Origin: Eledone cirrhosa
Taxonomy: Eukaryota
NCBI GenBank assembly: GCA_964016885.1
Contig: OZ024746.1
Location: forward strand, 73,284,001-73,348,000
DNA: 64,000 bases
Reading direction: 5' to 3'
The translations under genes were made by a program, and so were the position numbers. The number at the start of each line of letters is the position of its first letter. The stretch's first letter is position 1. Shown one piece after another: positions 13,604 to 28,615 of the stretch. Below the pieces are notes generated by a model. It searched no databases. It was not told where the DNA came from and saw nothing but the letters and a program-made list of their open reading frames with translations.

Positions 13604-13956
13604 TTCAAAGTCTCGACTGTACAGTTTCGCTGGTCAGTTTGCAAGAATTGTACATTATAGATGTGCAATATTGTTGTGAGGCACACCAGCTTTTCAAGGA
13701 ACTTCTCAGGGAAAGAACACTTTCTAGACACGTTCCTAGCAAGTGAGAAAATCTCAAAAGGCGGAGGGAGAAATTACCACGTGATACACCGGTCAAGAAA
13801 GGGGATTGAATCCCTTTGTAGCAAGTGAAAAATATCTCAAAAGGTGGAGGGAGGAATTAATACATGATACAGAGGTTACAGGTGGGTGGTAATGCACATC
13901 TATAATGTACAATTGTTGCAAACTGACCAGCGAAACTGTACAGTCGGGACTTTGAA
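13604..13956. repeat. Inverted repeat (~65-bp arms) carrying the 3' half of a hammerhead; ~50-bp direct duplication in the spacer
   Basis: Arms 13604-13670 / 13891-13956 contain GAAACTGTACAGTC; spacer repeats start at 13737 and 13818. Confidence 0.8.
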
Positions 13957-14096
13957 TTTAATTTGTTGTATAGCTCTGATATCGAATCAATTTAATTATT
14001 TCGATTATTTTTTCTCTCGTAGTCATAGAGCAAAACTGATTAAGGTCGACACCACACACACTCACATGCTTGTGATAATATATACATACATAATTG

Positions 14097-14232
14097 ATAA
14101 TAACATTAAAATATTGAGTGTCTGCATAATTAATACTTTGTAGATACCAGCTGTTTTCAGGTTATGTAACTGTTATTGAAACACGTGTCAATAAATTCCT
14201 TTTAACTGAACTGTATCCATTTAAATCCTTCT
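14097..14232 (+). mobile_element. 5'-truncated 3' end (pLTR) of the PLE family at 61648-64000
   Basis: Close match to the reverse complement of 61650-61780, including GAAACACGTGTCAATAAATTCC; ends at a TA-rich tract. Confidence 0.85.
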
Positions 14233-14267
14233 ATATACATACATATGTATGTATGTGTGTGTCTCTC

Positions 14268-14355
<88 letters not shown>

Positions 14356-14448
14356 AATAATAATAAATTTGAAGACTAAAATCCAAAGAGGGCTCGATCG
14401 ATAAGGATGAATATATATCAAATATATAAGGACCGTAGAGCAAATATT

Positions 14449-14583
14449 TATTAAAATAACAGATTAAAGTTTAAGCAAAGAATCGCTGCTTTCACCCTTA
14501 ACGGGATCTTTTTAGTTTCAGAAGATCCCGTTAAGGGTGAAAGCAGCGATTCTCTGCTTAAACTTTAATCTGTTATTTTAATA
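14449..14583. repeat. Near-perfect palindrome (~62-bp arms) with hammerhead-like remnant
   Basis: Arms 14449-14510 / 14522-14583; the right arm has (C)AGAAGA-tcccgttaagggt-GAAA. Confidence 0.85.
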
Positions 14584-14764
14584 TATATATACAATACAAA
14601 GAAATACACAGACACATGCGAATACATACATATACATGCATATACCCACATATATCCCTGAATTCGTGTGGTGCCAACCTTAACCGTTGTTGGTCTATGA
14701 ATACTAGGGACAAAATAATCTGGATGGATAAGATTGATTCAATATCAGAGCTATATAATACATT

Positions 14765-15144
14765 ATAAAGAAAGAAGAAACATTAGATATAAATAAAAAG
14801 ATGTAATATACCTAAATTCCTTCATTATCCTCGACTACATAGTTTCGTGGCTATTATGCAAAAACATTACATCATATAAATGCAGTATTTTTGTGAGGTT
14901 TGCCGACTTATCAAGAGGATACCTCATTTAGAGTTTCAAAACACATCCGTAGGACGCAAGATAAAATCCAGAATGGGATTCTATCTCGCGTCCTACGGAC
15001 GTGTTTTGAAACTCGCAAAAATACTGCATCTCTATGATGTAATGTTTTTGCATAATAGCCACGAAACTACGCAGTCGAGGATAATGAAGGAATTTAGGTA
15101 TATTATATCTTTTTATTTATATCTAATGTTTCTTCTTTCTTTAT
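14765..15144. repeat. Imperfect ~380-bp palindrome with hammerhead 3' half
   Basis: Outer arms 14765-14901 / 15009-15144 plus inner arms centred near 14973; contains GAAACTACGCAGTC. Confidence 0.85.
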
Positions 15145-15176
<32 letters not shown>

Positions 15177-15189
15177 TATAAACTAGCCG

Positions 15190-15225
<36 letters not shown>

Positions 15226-15230
<5 letters not shown>

Positions 15231-15491
15231 GGTTGAGAACTGATGAGGGGGAAACATGTGTGTGTGTGTAAACTTGTCTTGTACACCGCCTTTCTTTATT
15301 TCCTTCTTCCAGTTACATCAATGTGCCAACACACTTCTCAATGTCCCCCTTCTCTATCAATATTTTCTATATTTCATCTGCCTTACACTCACCTCATGGA
15401 TTGTCTGTTTGTCGACCGCTGGTCGCTGCGCTCTGTCCTCTGAGGCTTGTTTGCCCTTCACTGTCATTGACAGCATCTGGCTGTTTTAACA
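15226..15491 (+). mobile_element. Possible solo LTR-like repeat
   Basis: Begins TGTT and ends AACA, next to (TA)n; no PBS or TSD confirmed. Confidence 0.25.
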
Positions 15492-15542
15492 GGTGTTCTA
15501 GCGATGAGATTTCTTATTTTTTTATGAATTCACACACACACA

Positions 15543-16800
<1,258 letters not shown>

Positions 16801-17244
16801 AATGCATTTCAATTCTACCTTTGAAATTCTTGTAACTTGGACATTTTATGGAAGATAAGTTCTATGAATATTCTGTGAATATTTTGAGTTCCTCTTTCTA
16901 ACACGCATTTCGCGCCCAACATTCTTTATCATTGAAAATTATTATACAAGAGAAATGAAAAATATTAGTAAACGCTTCTCTCTTTTGCGTAAACGAAAAC
17001 ATAACTAAAGTTTGCCTATTAAAGCATACGCACAATTTTGCCGTTTTTAATTTATTTAATTACCGTATTTACCAGCGTCGAAGATGCTACTTTTTTCCTA
17101 AACTAAGTCTCAAAAATCTACCATGCATCCTGGAAGCCGAAGGTTGTTTATTATTTTTTTTTTAATTTTTGGTTGCCAACATTAGGGTGCGACCTCGAGG
17201 ATGAAGCGTCTTCGGCGCCGGGAAATATGGTAATCATCATCACC

Positions 17245-17425
17245 CTTCTCGGTCATTATGTAGAGCGTCGAACAATATGCTTTGCAGCATAGTTACGGCC
17301 CTTTACGGTTTGAGCTCAAATCTCGCCGAGGTTAACTTTGCCTTTCATCTTTACGGGATCGAGAGAATAAAGTACCAGTAATGCACTGGCATAATTTCTG
17401 ACCTTGTACCAAAAGTAGAAACAGT
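17245..17425 (+). mobile_element. Meta-type SINE, diverged
   Basis: Family core and the tail CCAAAAGTAGAAAC. Confidence 0.8.
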
Positions 17426-18165
17426 TATTTGCCAACTGTAAGACAAAGACCTACCCAATTCAATGCCGGTTGTTCCATATAACATACATAATCTTATTTA
17501 GTCGCATCGCTTCATGTCGTACTGTTGTCTATGACTACGTGAACTTGTCGCCACTAACGTTCATTCTGTATATAGCTTTCTCCAGCTACCATACCTACTT
17601 CCATGTCCCTTCGTATTATGTCTTGTACTATTATTCGTTCTTTTATCCATTGACAAGTTTGGTGTCTTTTTTCAAAGATTCCTAACATCCATTTGTTGAT
17701 AATACTTTGTGGTTTTTTAAGCAGTTGTTCCATATTTTTAGTCACCCACAATGTCTTATAAATTATTGCTGGCATAAAATATTGATCAGACATTCTAGCT
17801 ATGTTACCTGTAACCTCAATACGTATGTCACTAGCTACCTCATGTTCATTTTCTCATTTTGTATTTCTTTCCCCTGCTGTGACTTAATTCACTTCATCTT
17901 CAACGCCCGCATCTTCATTTCCTTTACTTCTGTTCTCTCTTCATTCGGTCAGTTCATTACATAATCGTAAATCTAATACATTCTTACCCCTCCTTCATTG
18001 ATATACGCTATCTCTATCACACTGACGTACCATATTGCATCCACTATTAAATGAGTTCAGCGAACCTTTTAGCTTTTACGAACATTTCTTTTGTTTTTTT
18101 TCTCAATTTTTGTACTAGCGTCTCAAATTTTAAAATTTTCTTTTGTGAACTGTCTTTATATTTGT

Positions 18166-18254
<89 letters not shown>

Positions 18255-18660
18255 ATTCTCGCTCTTCTTCTTTTGCTTTGCTACATGTTTCACAGATATC
18301 TTTCTCCGTTACTTTAAATATTGCACTTATATCTAAATATCTAGTCAGTGATTTTATCTTAGAAAGTCAATATTTATAAGCATCATTTTGAAAACATATA
18401 TATACGACCTATTTAAATAAATCTATAATTTGTAATAAAACTCTTGGTTGTATTAAAAAGGGTAACGTTAAATTCGGAGGAGTGTCAGGAGTGCAACGAC
18501 TCATTTTTAATTTGTTATATTTTTCTTTTTTTGTTTAACTCCCCTTTGTGCAGGGTTTGCTTGGCATATATTGGCATATAACATTCTAAAGTTACCACTT
18601 GCAAAACTAATCTATTACAAAGTGGCCATCACGTGGTTTTGGGGCTTTAGTATAAAAGGC

Positions 18661-18811
<151 letters not shown>

Positions 18812-19651
18812 CGTGTGTGTGAGTGTGTTTATATGGTTATGAACGTTTAATGTCAATATATTGTGAGAAATTTTTCTCTCTGTACAGGTGGGTATTTATA
18901 TAATGATGTATGTATGTATATAACAGCAAAAAATTCATGGCGCGCTATAAAACGCATCACATACAAGCCACGGTAGTCAGACGAGATACTAAATCATTAT
19001 ATCACGAACTGCGCAGAGCATATGGCCCACCCACCAGAGTGTTTCCTCACTGTGGTCAAAGAATGGAAACGAAGTGTTACGTATTTTTAATGAAATCTAA
19101 ACAAGATGGCACGAACACTTTAATGACCTCCTAAGCCACGCATCTCTCGTGTTAAGGAAATTCAAAAAGATGAGAGCCTATGGTGAAGCGAAGCCAGCAT
19201 CTAAATATATGGGGGTGTGAATCCTCCCCCAGAACGTGATTCGAAAGATACTCTTACCTGTGACTGAATGCTTATGACGGATGCGTATGTATGTCCAAGA
19301 CTGGACTACTAAGCCATAGCAGACATCATACTCATGGAAATAACACCTTTGAGTTCCCCATACACCTTGATTTTGCATGTAGCTTCTGAATCAAAGTGTG
19401 TCACTCAGTAGATGGGTTAACACGGCACGTCAATCAAACTGAAGCAGGTGGGAAACTTACCTGCACATATGTGTAGTATAATATCTATGTTACTTCCTTG
19501 TTTAATGAGCCAACTAAGGCGGCATCAACAACAGCAACAACAGTTAAACGTTTTTGCCAATATAATATTTTATGACGTGGCTTTACTCGGACACGAGTGG
19601 GCTTTGACTATGTATGTATGTATGTATGTATGCATGTATACATGTATGTAT

Positions 19652-19952
19652 GTTGGTAAATATCATCTTGGTTAAGAGAGTGGGACTGGCTTTGTGCAGT
19701 GCCTTTGCTCACTATAAAAGCTTCACGGCACAGGCATTGCTTTATATCTGGAGATCTCTCTGCACTTGTCATCACATGGTACCATGGGCCCTGCACTATG
19801 TGTCAATAATGGTCACAAGTGTAGTGTTTGTACCAGAGTTTTCAAGTCGCTGGCTGGACTAAAAAGTCACAATCGTTCAGCGCATCGGTAGGGGTTCTCC
19901 TACATGGATATAAAGTAGTGGCTGTACTCGAAAACGAGTTGGCAGCCGCCAT
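19652..19952 (+). mobile_element. 3' fragment of RTE LINE with C-terminal C2H2 zinc finger
   Basis: Encodes HKCSVCTRVFKSLAGLKSHNRSAHR*; near-identical inverted copy at 40760-41040 is contiguous with RTE RT; flanked by (TATG)n. Confidence 0.8.
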
Positions 19953-20072
19953 ACATGTATGTATGCATGTATGTATATATATATGTATGCATGTATGTAT
20001 GTATGCATGCATGTATGCATGAATGCATGTATGCATGTATGCATGTATGTATGTATGTCTATATGTATGTAT

Positions 20073-22028
20073 GTTCTTCTGGTTTTATAATTTCAAAACT
20101 TTTTGCGAATAGAGAGAGAGTCGGTTTCTAACATATTTACACGACTCTCTCATTGGTATTTAAACATCAACTAGGTAGATTATGTATGCATGTGTATGCA
20201 GGTATGGATGCTATTGTATGTGTGGATGTGGATGTTTTGAGTTGTATGTGTGCATGTGTATATGCAGTTATTAGATGGAAAATATTTGGAATGTTTTACA
20301 TATTTTTACTGTTCCATTAATGGATTGTACTTGTAATTTCCTAACTACTTGTGTTCTTTCTGTTTCTGTGAAGGCCAGCTTCTCAAGATTTGTATTGAGG
20401 CAGTTACTAACATATCCCAGTGCCCCAATAATCACAGGCATAAATCTGAAGGTGTAATCAGGGTGGAGTATCGCTAATCTTTGGTATTATATTGGCATCT
20501 GCTGGACAGCTAACTTCCACTGCTGTGCGTGCCTTCTTTTCCCTGTCCCATATCATTAAATCTGGTCTGTTATGCCTGCATTTTATTGGGGTTTTTACTG
20601 GAACATTCCACCAGTACTCTTTCATATTATGTATATGTATGTCTTCCACATTGCTGTAGCTTTTAATGTATTTGTTATCAGGGCTATCTTTTCTACGGAT
20701 TGCATTATACAATGTTTTGGCCACTACATCATGCCTCATAGGTAGATAGTACCGCGATGACATCTTTGGATAGCTGCTTATGAAATGGGTGACATCTTCG
20801 ATGTTAATTCTGTAAAGCCTGCACTTGTTGTCACATCTAGGTGTTTTGCCTGGATCCCTATCTCTTTTGTGAATCAGGTATTTCGTGTTGATTTCCTGTT
20901 CTTAGATTGCAAAAGCGTGTCCTTCAAAGTGAGAGCCAATATAGCGGTTGTTGGTCCAAGATAGACTACTTTCCTTATCTATATTACTCTCACTCTGGAG
21001 CGTCCTGGCAATATATCTATTTTTTTCGATTTTTCGATTTTTTCGATTTTTTTGCTGATAAGCATGCAGTTTTTTATCCATGGATTGACTGTGGTACTGC
21101 TGAGCAACTTCCCTGAGTGTGAGTTTTTTTTATTATCACACAGGGAATATCTTCGAGGAGTTCCTTCCCAACTCTCATGATCTTATCTGTTTCATGCAGA
21201 GAGACTTTCTCGAGAGACGGGCTTCGAGGTTCGTAGATTTTGTCGGAGGGATATCATGCGATGTTCAAATGCTGTCTGGACTGATGTTAGGCCTCTGCCT
21301 CCCTGCTTGCGTTTCAAGTAGAGGCGGTCTATGTCACTGTTGATGTGGAAGTTTCCGGTGTTGTTTAAAATTATTCGAGTCCTAACATCAACTGCTCAGA
21401 TTTCGTCTATCTTCCAATTGAGTATTCCAAACGTTGGTGTTAGGACAGGCACAGCAAACACATTGTGAGCCACTGTTTTATTGTGCACAGAGAGTTCCGA
21501 TAACCATATTTTTCTTAATCGGGTGTAATATTCCCTGGTTACGCGTTCCTTATTACAAATACCATTATAGGATATGTTCTCATCTATCCACAGGTATCTG
21601 TAGCAGTACTCATCAGATATCGGTGAAACAGTTAGGCGATTGATGAAAATGTTGCTAGATTGCGTTGTTGTTTTTCCCCGTTTTACAGTCATATAGGAAC
21701 ATTTATCTTGGCCAAGCTTCATTCCTATATCCCTTGAGAATGTTGTAAACAGGTCAAGATTTTTCTTCATCCCATCTATGTTCTTGGCATCCACAAATAA
21801 AGTATGGGTTAGGTTCCTATTTCTGTTCTCCTGTGAGTCAATGATGTATCCTTCACATTTCTTGAGCAGAAAGGGCAAGGGGTTTAATGACAGGATAAAT
21901 AGTATCACAGAGAGACTGTCTCCTTGAAATATACCCCAGTGATATTCTATTTTATCAATGAAAATAGAGTCCACCTTCTCTGTTTTTTTACTTTAGGATA
22001 GTATCCCAAGAAGAAGACAGTTTCTCTA
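20073..22028 (-). mobile_element. R4/Dong-clade RLE LINE, 5'-truncated and disrupted (RT, CCHC knuckle, restriction-like endonuclease)
   Basis: Contains GIFQGDSLSVILFILSLNPL, LTHTLFVD, VLTPTFGILNW, RHDVVAK and HNRPDLMIWD...VEVSCPAD; the 3' end AAAACCAGAAGAA joins (CATA)n. Confidence 0.93.
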
Positions 22029-22045
22029 TGTATGTATGTATGTAT

Positions 22046-22335
22046 GTTCTTCTGGTTTTATAATTTCACAATTTTTTGCCAATAGAGTCGGTTTCTAACA
22101 TAGAGACAAAACTCTCTCATTGGAATTTACACATCAAGAAGGCAGATATGTCTGCATGTCTGCATGTCTGCATGCATGTGTAGGTATGGATGTTATTGTA
22201 TGTGTGGATGTGGATGTTTTGAGTTGTATGTGTGCATATATCTGTACAAGTGTAAATACAGTTATTAGATGTAGAACCTGTTTTACATATTTTTATTGTT
22301 CCATTAATGGATTGTACTTGTAATTTCCTAACTAG
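22046..22335 (-). mobile_element. Second, short R4/Dong LINE 3' fragment, head-to-tail with the previous copy
   Basis: Matches 20073-20345; its (CATA)n tail abuts the 5' end of the longer copy. Confidence 0.88.
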
Positions 22336-22729
22336 TCGTGTATGTATATATGTATGTATGCATGTATGTATTCGTGTTTAAATAGTGTGTGCGCACGCGC
22401 ATGAATATGTTGAAGTATGTTTCGTAAATGTGTATATTTTTATTAAAGAATGTTTCATGCAGCTGCCTTTTATTTGACGTATGATATATGTCTCTGTTTT
22501 TCTGAATAGGTTTATGCATCAACCTTCCTCATTTCTCTCCCTCTCTTCACCCTCATTATCCCTGCCATATCTAAGCTCACTCAACAAAACTCCGCAATAA
22601 ATTCTTCATGAAAACCTCTAACTCCATAACCTTCATACTTACAGATTAATGTATGAATGCGTGCAGGTATGTAAGTATGTGTGTGAATGCGTGTGCGTGA
22701 TTGGGTCTCTGTGTGTGTGCTTGTGTATA

Positions 22730-22764
<35 letters not shown>

Positions 22765-22770
22765 ATATAT

Positions 22771-22869
<99 letters not shown>

Positions 22870-24302
22870 TGTGTGTGTGTGTGTGTCTATGAACTGTTTT
22901 GTATTTATGTGAGCTTTGACCTATGCGCATGCAATCTTATGTATTCGTGTACAAAAGCCCAGTGGGGTTCGATATAATCAACTAAACCCCTGCAAGTGCT
23001 TCTACAGCATGACCTCAGTCAAATGACTGAAACCTGTGGAAAACGAAGCAAACAACAATCCACAGTGCACTATAAGTATAATTCACCTGGCTAATCCCCT
23101 CAGCACATGAACTGAATTTCACGTTGCGTAAACTATGTAAATAAAGCTATATAACTGCGCACGCATACACTGGTTCTTGTATATTTTTATCGATCCACGC
23201 CCCTTCGATATGCTTTCACACTCGCCATATTCAGCATGCGGGAATCCATTCATTTCATGCAAAGCGCAACCTTCAGGCAGTTTCGCCTCCGCATTATGTT
23301 CACAAACATAATCAGAGCATAAATGTTTTCTATTTTTAATTATATATATTTAGTTGTAGCCAAATAATATAACTATAAACATGTACTAGATTGATAGCCG
23401 AAATATTTCTGTTTCACTTGTTTTATTTAACCATTTACAGATTAACCTTAATCTTCAACCCTGAACTCTAAAATATAAACCTTTACATATGAAGTACTTT
23501 GTCTGATTTTATAGTGACTGACTGCAATTATAGTCATTTACATTAGGATGACTATATTTTAAATTTCTCCAATGTTTTTTATAAAGTTCACCGGATATTC
23601 ACACTAGCTACAGCTTTAAAATACTCTAAAAGATGACAATTGGTGGCCAGGGACCCCACCCTAAGCGTAATAGTTAATGAACTCACCCAGAATTATGAGA
23701 GATGTGAGATGAAATTCAATTCTTCCCAAGCGCCTCCGTCCTCTTCTTTCCGTTTCTAGGCGTATTACAAAATGATATATATAAAAATACACATACATTC
23801 ATACATACAGGAGTTGATAGATACTAGAGTCAGGTCTATCATATCGATTAAGACCGAAAGCCGATCATCTGCAAACGCGTATCACGTTCGATAAGGAGTA
23901 ACAAATATTTTAAAGTAAAACTTCGTTCTCTCATGCATAATGCAACACTACTGACTACAAACATATAATAAACTGATACCATGCGAAGAACACACGTTAT
24001 ATTGGAATTACTCCATTTAAGTATTAGCATTGAGTGCTTGTATTGGTGCCGCCAACAATAAACATTACTAAATAACTGACACGCACACACACATCAGGTC
24101 AGGCTTCTGCTTGCTACTGGTACCAAGAAACCCAGGAAAACCTGCTTCATAGTCGAGTGGTCAGCGACTAAACTGGCTCCCCCACCAGACCCTGGTCTGG
24201 TGAAAAGGGTAAGTGGAACCCCAGCAGTACAAAAACAAGAGCTGTAAAAAGGGCGAATGAACTACTCAGTCAACAGCCTTGCACCTCAGCTATGGGTTAA
24301 AT

Positions 24303-24490
24303 AATTGTTTCTACTTTTGGCACAAGGCCAGCAAATACCCAGTGTATTACTGGTACTTTATTTTATCGACCCCGTAAGGATGGAAGGCAAAGTTAACCTT
24401 GGCAGGATTTGAACTCAGAATGGCAAGAGCCGTAACTCTATGCGTCAAAGCATGGCGTCCGACCCTCTACCGATACTGCCAATCCCCCGC
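24303..24490 (-). mobile_element. Meta-type SINE with 17-bp TSD
   Basis: gctatgggttaaataat on both sides; family core on the minus strand. Confidence 0.9.
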
Positions 24491-24900
24491 TATGGGTTAA
24501 ATAATAGCACCCAATCGCAACTGGACAAGCTTGGTGAGTTCAGCTACACTCCTGACATGACCAAAACCAAACAGAAAGCGATAGAGGACAATCAGGCAGG
24601 GATTTCACCATCAGGAATTAGAAGGGCCTGGATTGGATTTGTGTGTATGTGTGTGTTTTTGTGCGCGTGGATGCGCGCGCGTATATATGTATATATATAT
24701 ATGAGGATGTTAGTCCCTCCGGCGCTGTCGAGGCTGTGCATTCAGTTTCAGTTGTTTAATCAACATAATGTCTCAGCTGTACAATTGATATGTAGATGGC
24801 TGAGTATTCGAGACACGTGTAACAATAACGTAATTCCCAGGCCGAACTAGGCTGACAAAATGCGTGACGAGACTGGACATTTGAAGAAATAGAAACCATT

Positions 24901-25132
24901 ATGATCTGAGTTCAAATCCCGCCGAGGTTAACTTTGCCTCTCATCCTTAATGGGTCGATAAAATAAAGTACCAGTAATGCACTGGGTAATTGCTGGCCTT
25001 GTGCCAAAAGTAGAAACAACTATATGTCATAGTTCGATTTGAGTCAAAGGCCACTTGCCTAAGGTGGTAGATTGTAGGTATTGAACCTACATATCCGTGA
25101 TTGAAAATTAAACGTTTTAACCACTTAGCCAC
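24901..25132. mobile_element. Meta-type SINE (+, 24901-25020) abutting a CORE-type SINE head (-, 25025-25132)
   Basis: Family core on +; tRNA-like head with CCTTAGGCAAGTGG on -. Confidence 0.75.
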
Positions 25133-25139
25133 ATACATA

Positions 25140-25318
25140 GAGACACAGACACAAACAGACACATATACTGACCCCCCCACACACACACACATACACACAT
25201 ACACACACACACAAACAGACACATATACTGACCCCCCCCCACATACACACATACACACATACACACACACACAAACAGACACATATACTGACACTCCCCC
25301 ACACACACACACATACAC
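25140..25318 (+). repeat. 60-bp tandem repeat x3
   Basis: Unit acacaaacagacacatatactgaccccccc(ac)n with 60-bp period. Confidence 0.9.
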
Positions 25319-25623
25319 TTCTGTGGATGATATAATTATAACAACACCTCTGCCAAAGAAGCAAATAGAACCTGAAAATCCTTGAGGAGCTGATCACCTG
25401 GGTTTCTTGAGCTCCAAGGACACCCAAGTGAGCCAAGCTAACCAGAAGCTGTTGGTTGGTGGTAAAACTCTACCTAGACGCAAACTGGGGTTTGATCAAC
25501 AATGGCTGGATCGTATGTTTGAATGCATTTTCTTAAAAGACCAGAAACATCCATTGACCACAGATAACATTGCTGAAGCTGATGTGTTGACGTGCATCAC
25601 AACATGATATATGTAACACACGC

Positions 25624-25659
<36 letters not shown>

Positions 25660-26018
25660 TCAAACACACACACACACATATACACACATACACAGACAAC
25701 GACACACACACACACAGGTACACACACACACAGATACATACATACATATACACAGACACACACATATACCCCCCCCCCCCCCCAACACACACACATATAC
25801 CCCCCCCCCGCCCACACACACACACACACACCCAGGTGCGCTATATATATATTAGCTGAACGCCAGTTTTCTTCATTCGTGAAATAGTGCTGCATTTAAT
25901 CTATGAACTACCTTTTAAAATTGTTTATTGTAAATATTATCACGCGTGCAATTTATGATAACAACTTCAGTGACACCTATACGGTATATATGTTCGTTCT
26001 TACTAACATTAGGCGCTA

Positions 26019-26076
<58 letters not shown>

Positions 26077-26102
26077 ATTGAGAGAGAGAGAGGAGGAGTA
26101 AG

Positions 26103-26150
<48 letters not shown>

Positions 26151-26672
26151 GTGTGTGTGTGCATACATACATATGAAACGAAATCTCAATGACATTGTTC
26201 TCATGTTCTGAAACATCAACCGAATATCAACCTCAATCAGCCAAACTTAGATACCCATCCCTTTGTTTAAGCTTGCATTGTCGCCCTTAGTTTTACGGCC
26301 TTTGTATAAAAGGAAAAACCATCTGTTTAATGTTTCTGGATTCTCGGCCATTATAAATACAATAAATTTTGACTCCAGAAAGTTCAGTCTGTCTCTTCGT
26401 TCTCAGATTAATGATGGCTCTTTAGCTGGTCAGGCAGTTCCGATCTATGTATTCGACTGTTTTGTCCACGCATACCCTTTTCAATTTTAGGTTAGTAGTA
26501 TTCCCAACTTTTCTATTCTACAATCACACATGCAATCCAACCAACTTAATACGCCTCAATTATACGTGTACCTTTCTTCGTTGTTCATAACTGCTCATGA
26601 TTTGGGAGTAAATCATGCAACCAATAAAAACATATAATAATTAGCGGTCTTGTTCATTTGTAAATTCCTAAC

Positions 26673-26772
26673 ACCGCCGAGGTTGACTTTGCCTTTCATC
26701 CTTACAGGGTCGATAAAATAAAGTACCAGTAATGAACTGGGTAATTGCTGGCCTTGTGCCTAAAGTAGACAC
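26673..26772 (+). mobile_element. Truncated Meta-type SINE
   Basis: Family core and tail. Confidence 0.85.
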
Positions 26773-27039
26773 AAATATGAGGGAGGAAAATCGTCTTCGT
26801 CGAGGCAATATCTCATCACCATAACAAGCTACTATAACTACTGGTATCATCGACCAGAGTAAGAGTTTACAGCAATAATTCTCTCGACTCTCTGTGATAC
26901 ACTTCACTCACTTGTCATGGACTCAACCAACAAACTACTCATTCAATTTCATTAACTCATCTCACAACTTCTACTACAATACAATAAATGAAACAAGCAA
27001 ACAACGACAACAAAACATACTCTCGAACCCACTATATGT

Positions 27040-27041
27040 AT

Positions 27042-27086
<45 letters not shown>

Positions 27087-27175
27087 ATAAATAAGTCCTC
27101 ATTGGTTCTGTACATTACACGCACACGCACGCACACGCACACGCACACGCACACGCACACGCACGCACACACACG

Positions 27176-27215
<40 letters not shown>

Positions 27216-27309
27216 CCATAAATAAGTCCTCATTGGTTCTGTACAGTACACGCACACGCACGCACACGCACACGCACACGCACGCACACGCACGCACACA
27301 CACGCACAC

Positions 27310-27372
<63 letters not shown>

Positions 27373-27475
27373 CCATAAATAAGTCCTCATTGGTTCTGTA
27401 CAGTACACGCACACGCACGCACACGCACGCACACGCACGCATACGCACACGCACGCACACACACGCACACACACG

Positions 27476-27519
<44 letters not shown>

Positions 27520-27578
27520 CCATAAATAAGTCCTCATTGGTTCTGTACAGTACACGCACACGCACGCACACGCACACG

Positions 27579-27630
<52 letters not shown>

Positions 27631-27816
27631 GTCTGCCGGACGCACGTGTAGAAGGACGTGTTTTTCCTGTCGGCGGCATATCACAAAATCGAATTTCATC
27701 TGAGGATACCGTTCTCATAACAACAACAAATGATTGAATTACATTTTGATTGCATGGGAGATCCATTGATATAATTATAATGAATAAACGATTTATTCAT
27801 CTTTATTAATGTTATC

Positions 27817-27862
<46 letters not shown>

Positions 27863-27944
27863 ATAAATAAGTCCTCATTGGTTCTGTACAGTACACGCAC
27901 GCGCACATACACGCACGCACACACACACACACACACACGCACGC

Positions 27945-28030
<86 letters not shown>
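27040..28030 (+). repeat. Array of a constant 34-bp block separated by variable (ACGC)n(AC)n(AT)n tracts
   Basis: CCATAAATAAGTCCTCATTGGTTCTGTACAGTAC starts at 27085 (one mismatch), 27216, 27373, 27520 and 27861. Confidence 0.92.
27695..27784 (+). ncRNA. Degenerate hammerhead motif with 61-nt helix II
   Basis: ttcat-CTGAGGA-[61 nt]-GATA(T)-aatt-ATA-atgaa; A14->T change; palindromic loop 3. Confidence 0.5.
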
Positions 28031-28031
<1 letters not shown>

Positions 28032-28615
28032 TTATTCCGGGTTGAATAGGAGGTAACCACAGTAAGTAAGGTACTCAATACATAGCAGAGTATAAAAGTT
28101 TTAATATAGAAGACCTTCTACAGGACTAGAACTGTTTCATTCGTGAGAAATCATCAGGAAGCTGACTGTCCAAGTAAATCTTGTCACTCTATAAATAAAT
28201 TGTTTATAGAATTCTTTCTGCCTTTGTCACTCTAAGTAAAGAATTGGCTTTTAATGAATTCCCCTTTCTTTAAACCCACCAACCATGACTGACCTCCACC
28301 CATCTTGTAGACACCTGAAATATAAGCATTGTTAGCTTAAGCTTAAGAGAAACTTAAAAATAAGGAATGGCACTCCATTTTGAACTTGTTTATAGAATTC
28401 TTTCTGCCTTTGTCACTCTATAATATAAATTATAGCTTTAAAGAATTAGCTTTTAAAGAATTCCCTTTTCATTCAACCAATGACTTCTACCCATCCCGCT
28501 CCCCTCCCTCTCCTACCACCAGAAAAGATATAAATACCACCAAATTTACTTGGACAGTCACCTTCCTGATGATTTCTCACGAATGAAACAGTTCTAGTCC
28601 TGTAGAAGCTAGCTC

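Noticed and set aside
15235-15260. CTGATGA-gggg-GAAAC motif
   Set aside because: No NUH triplet with a matching helix I follows.
27085-27894. CRISPR-like array of 34-bp repeats
   Set aside because: The spacers are long microsatellites, there are no cas genes, and the context is eukaryotic.
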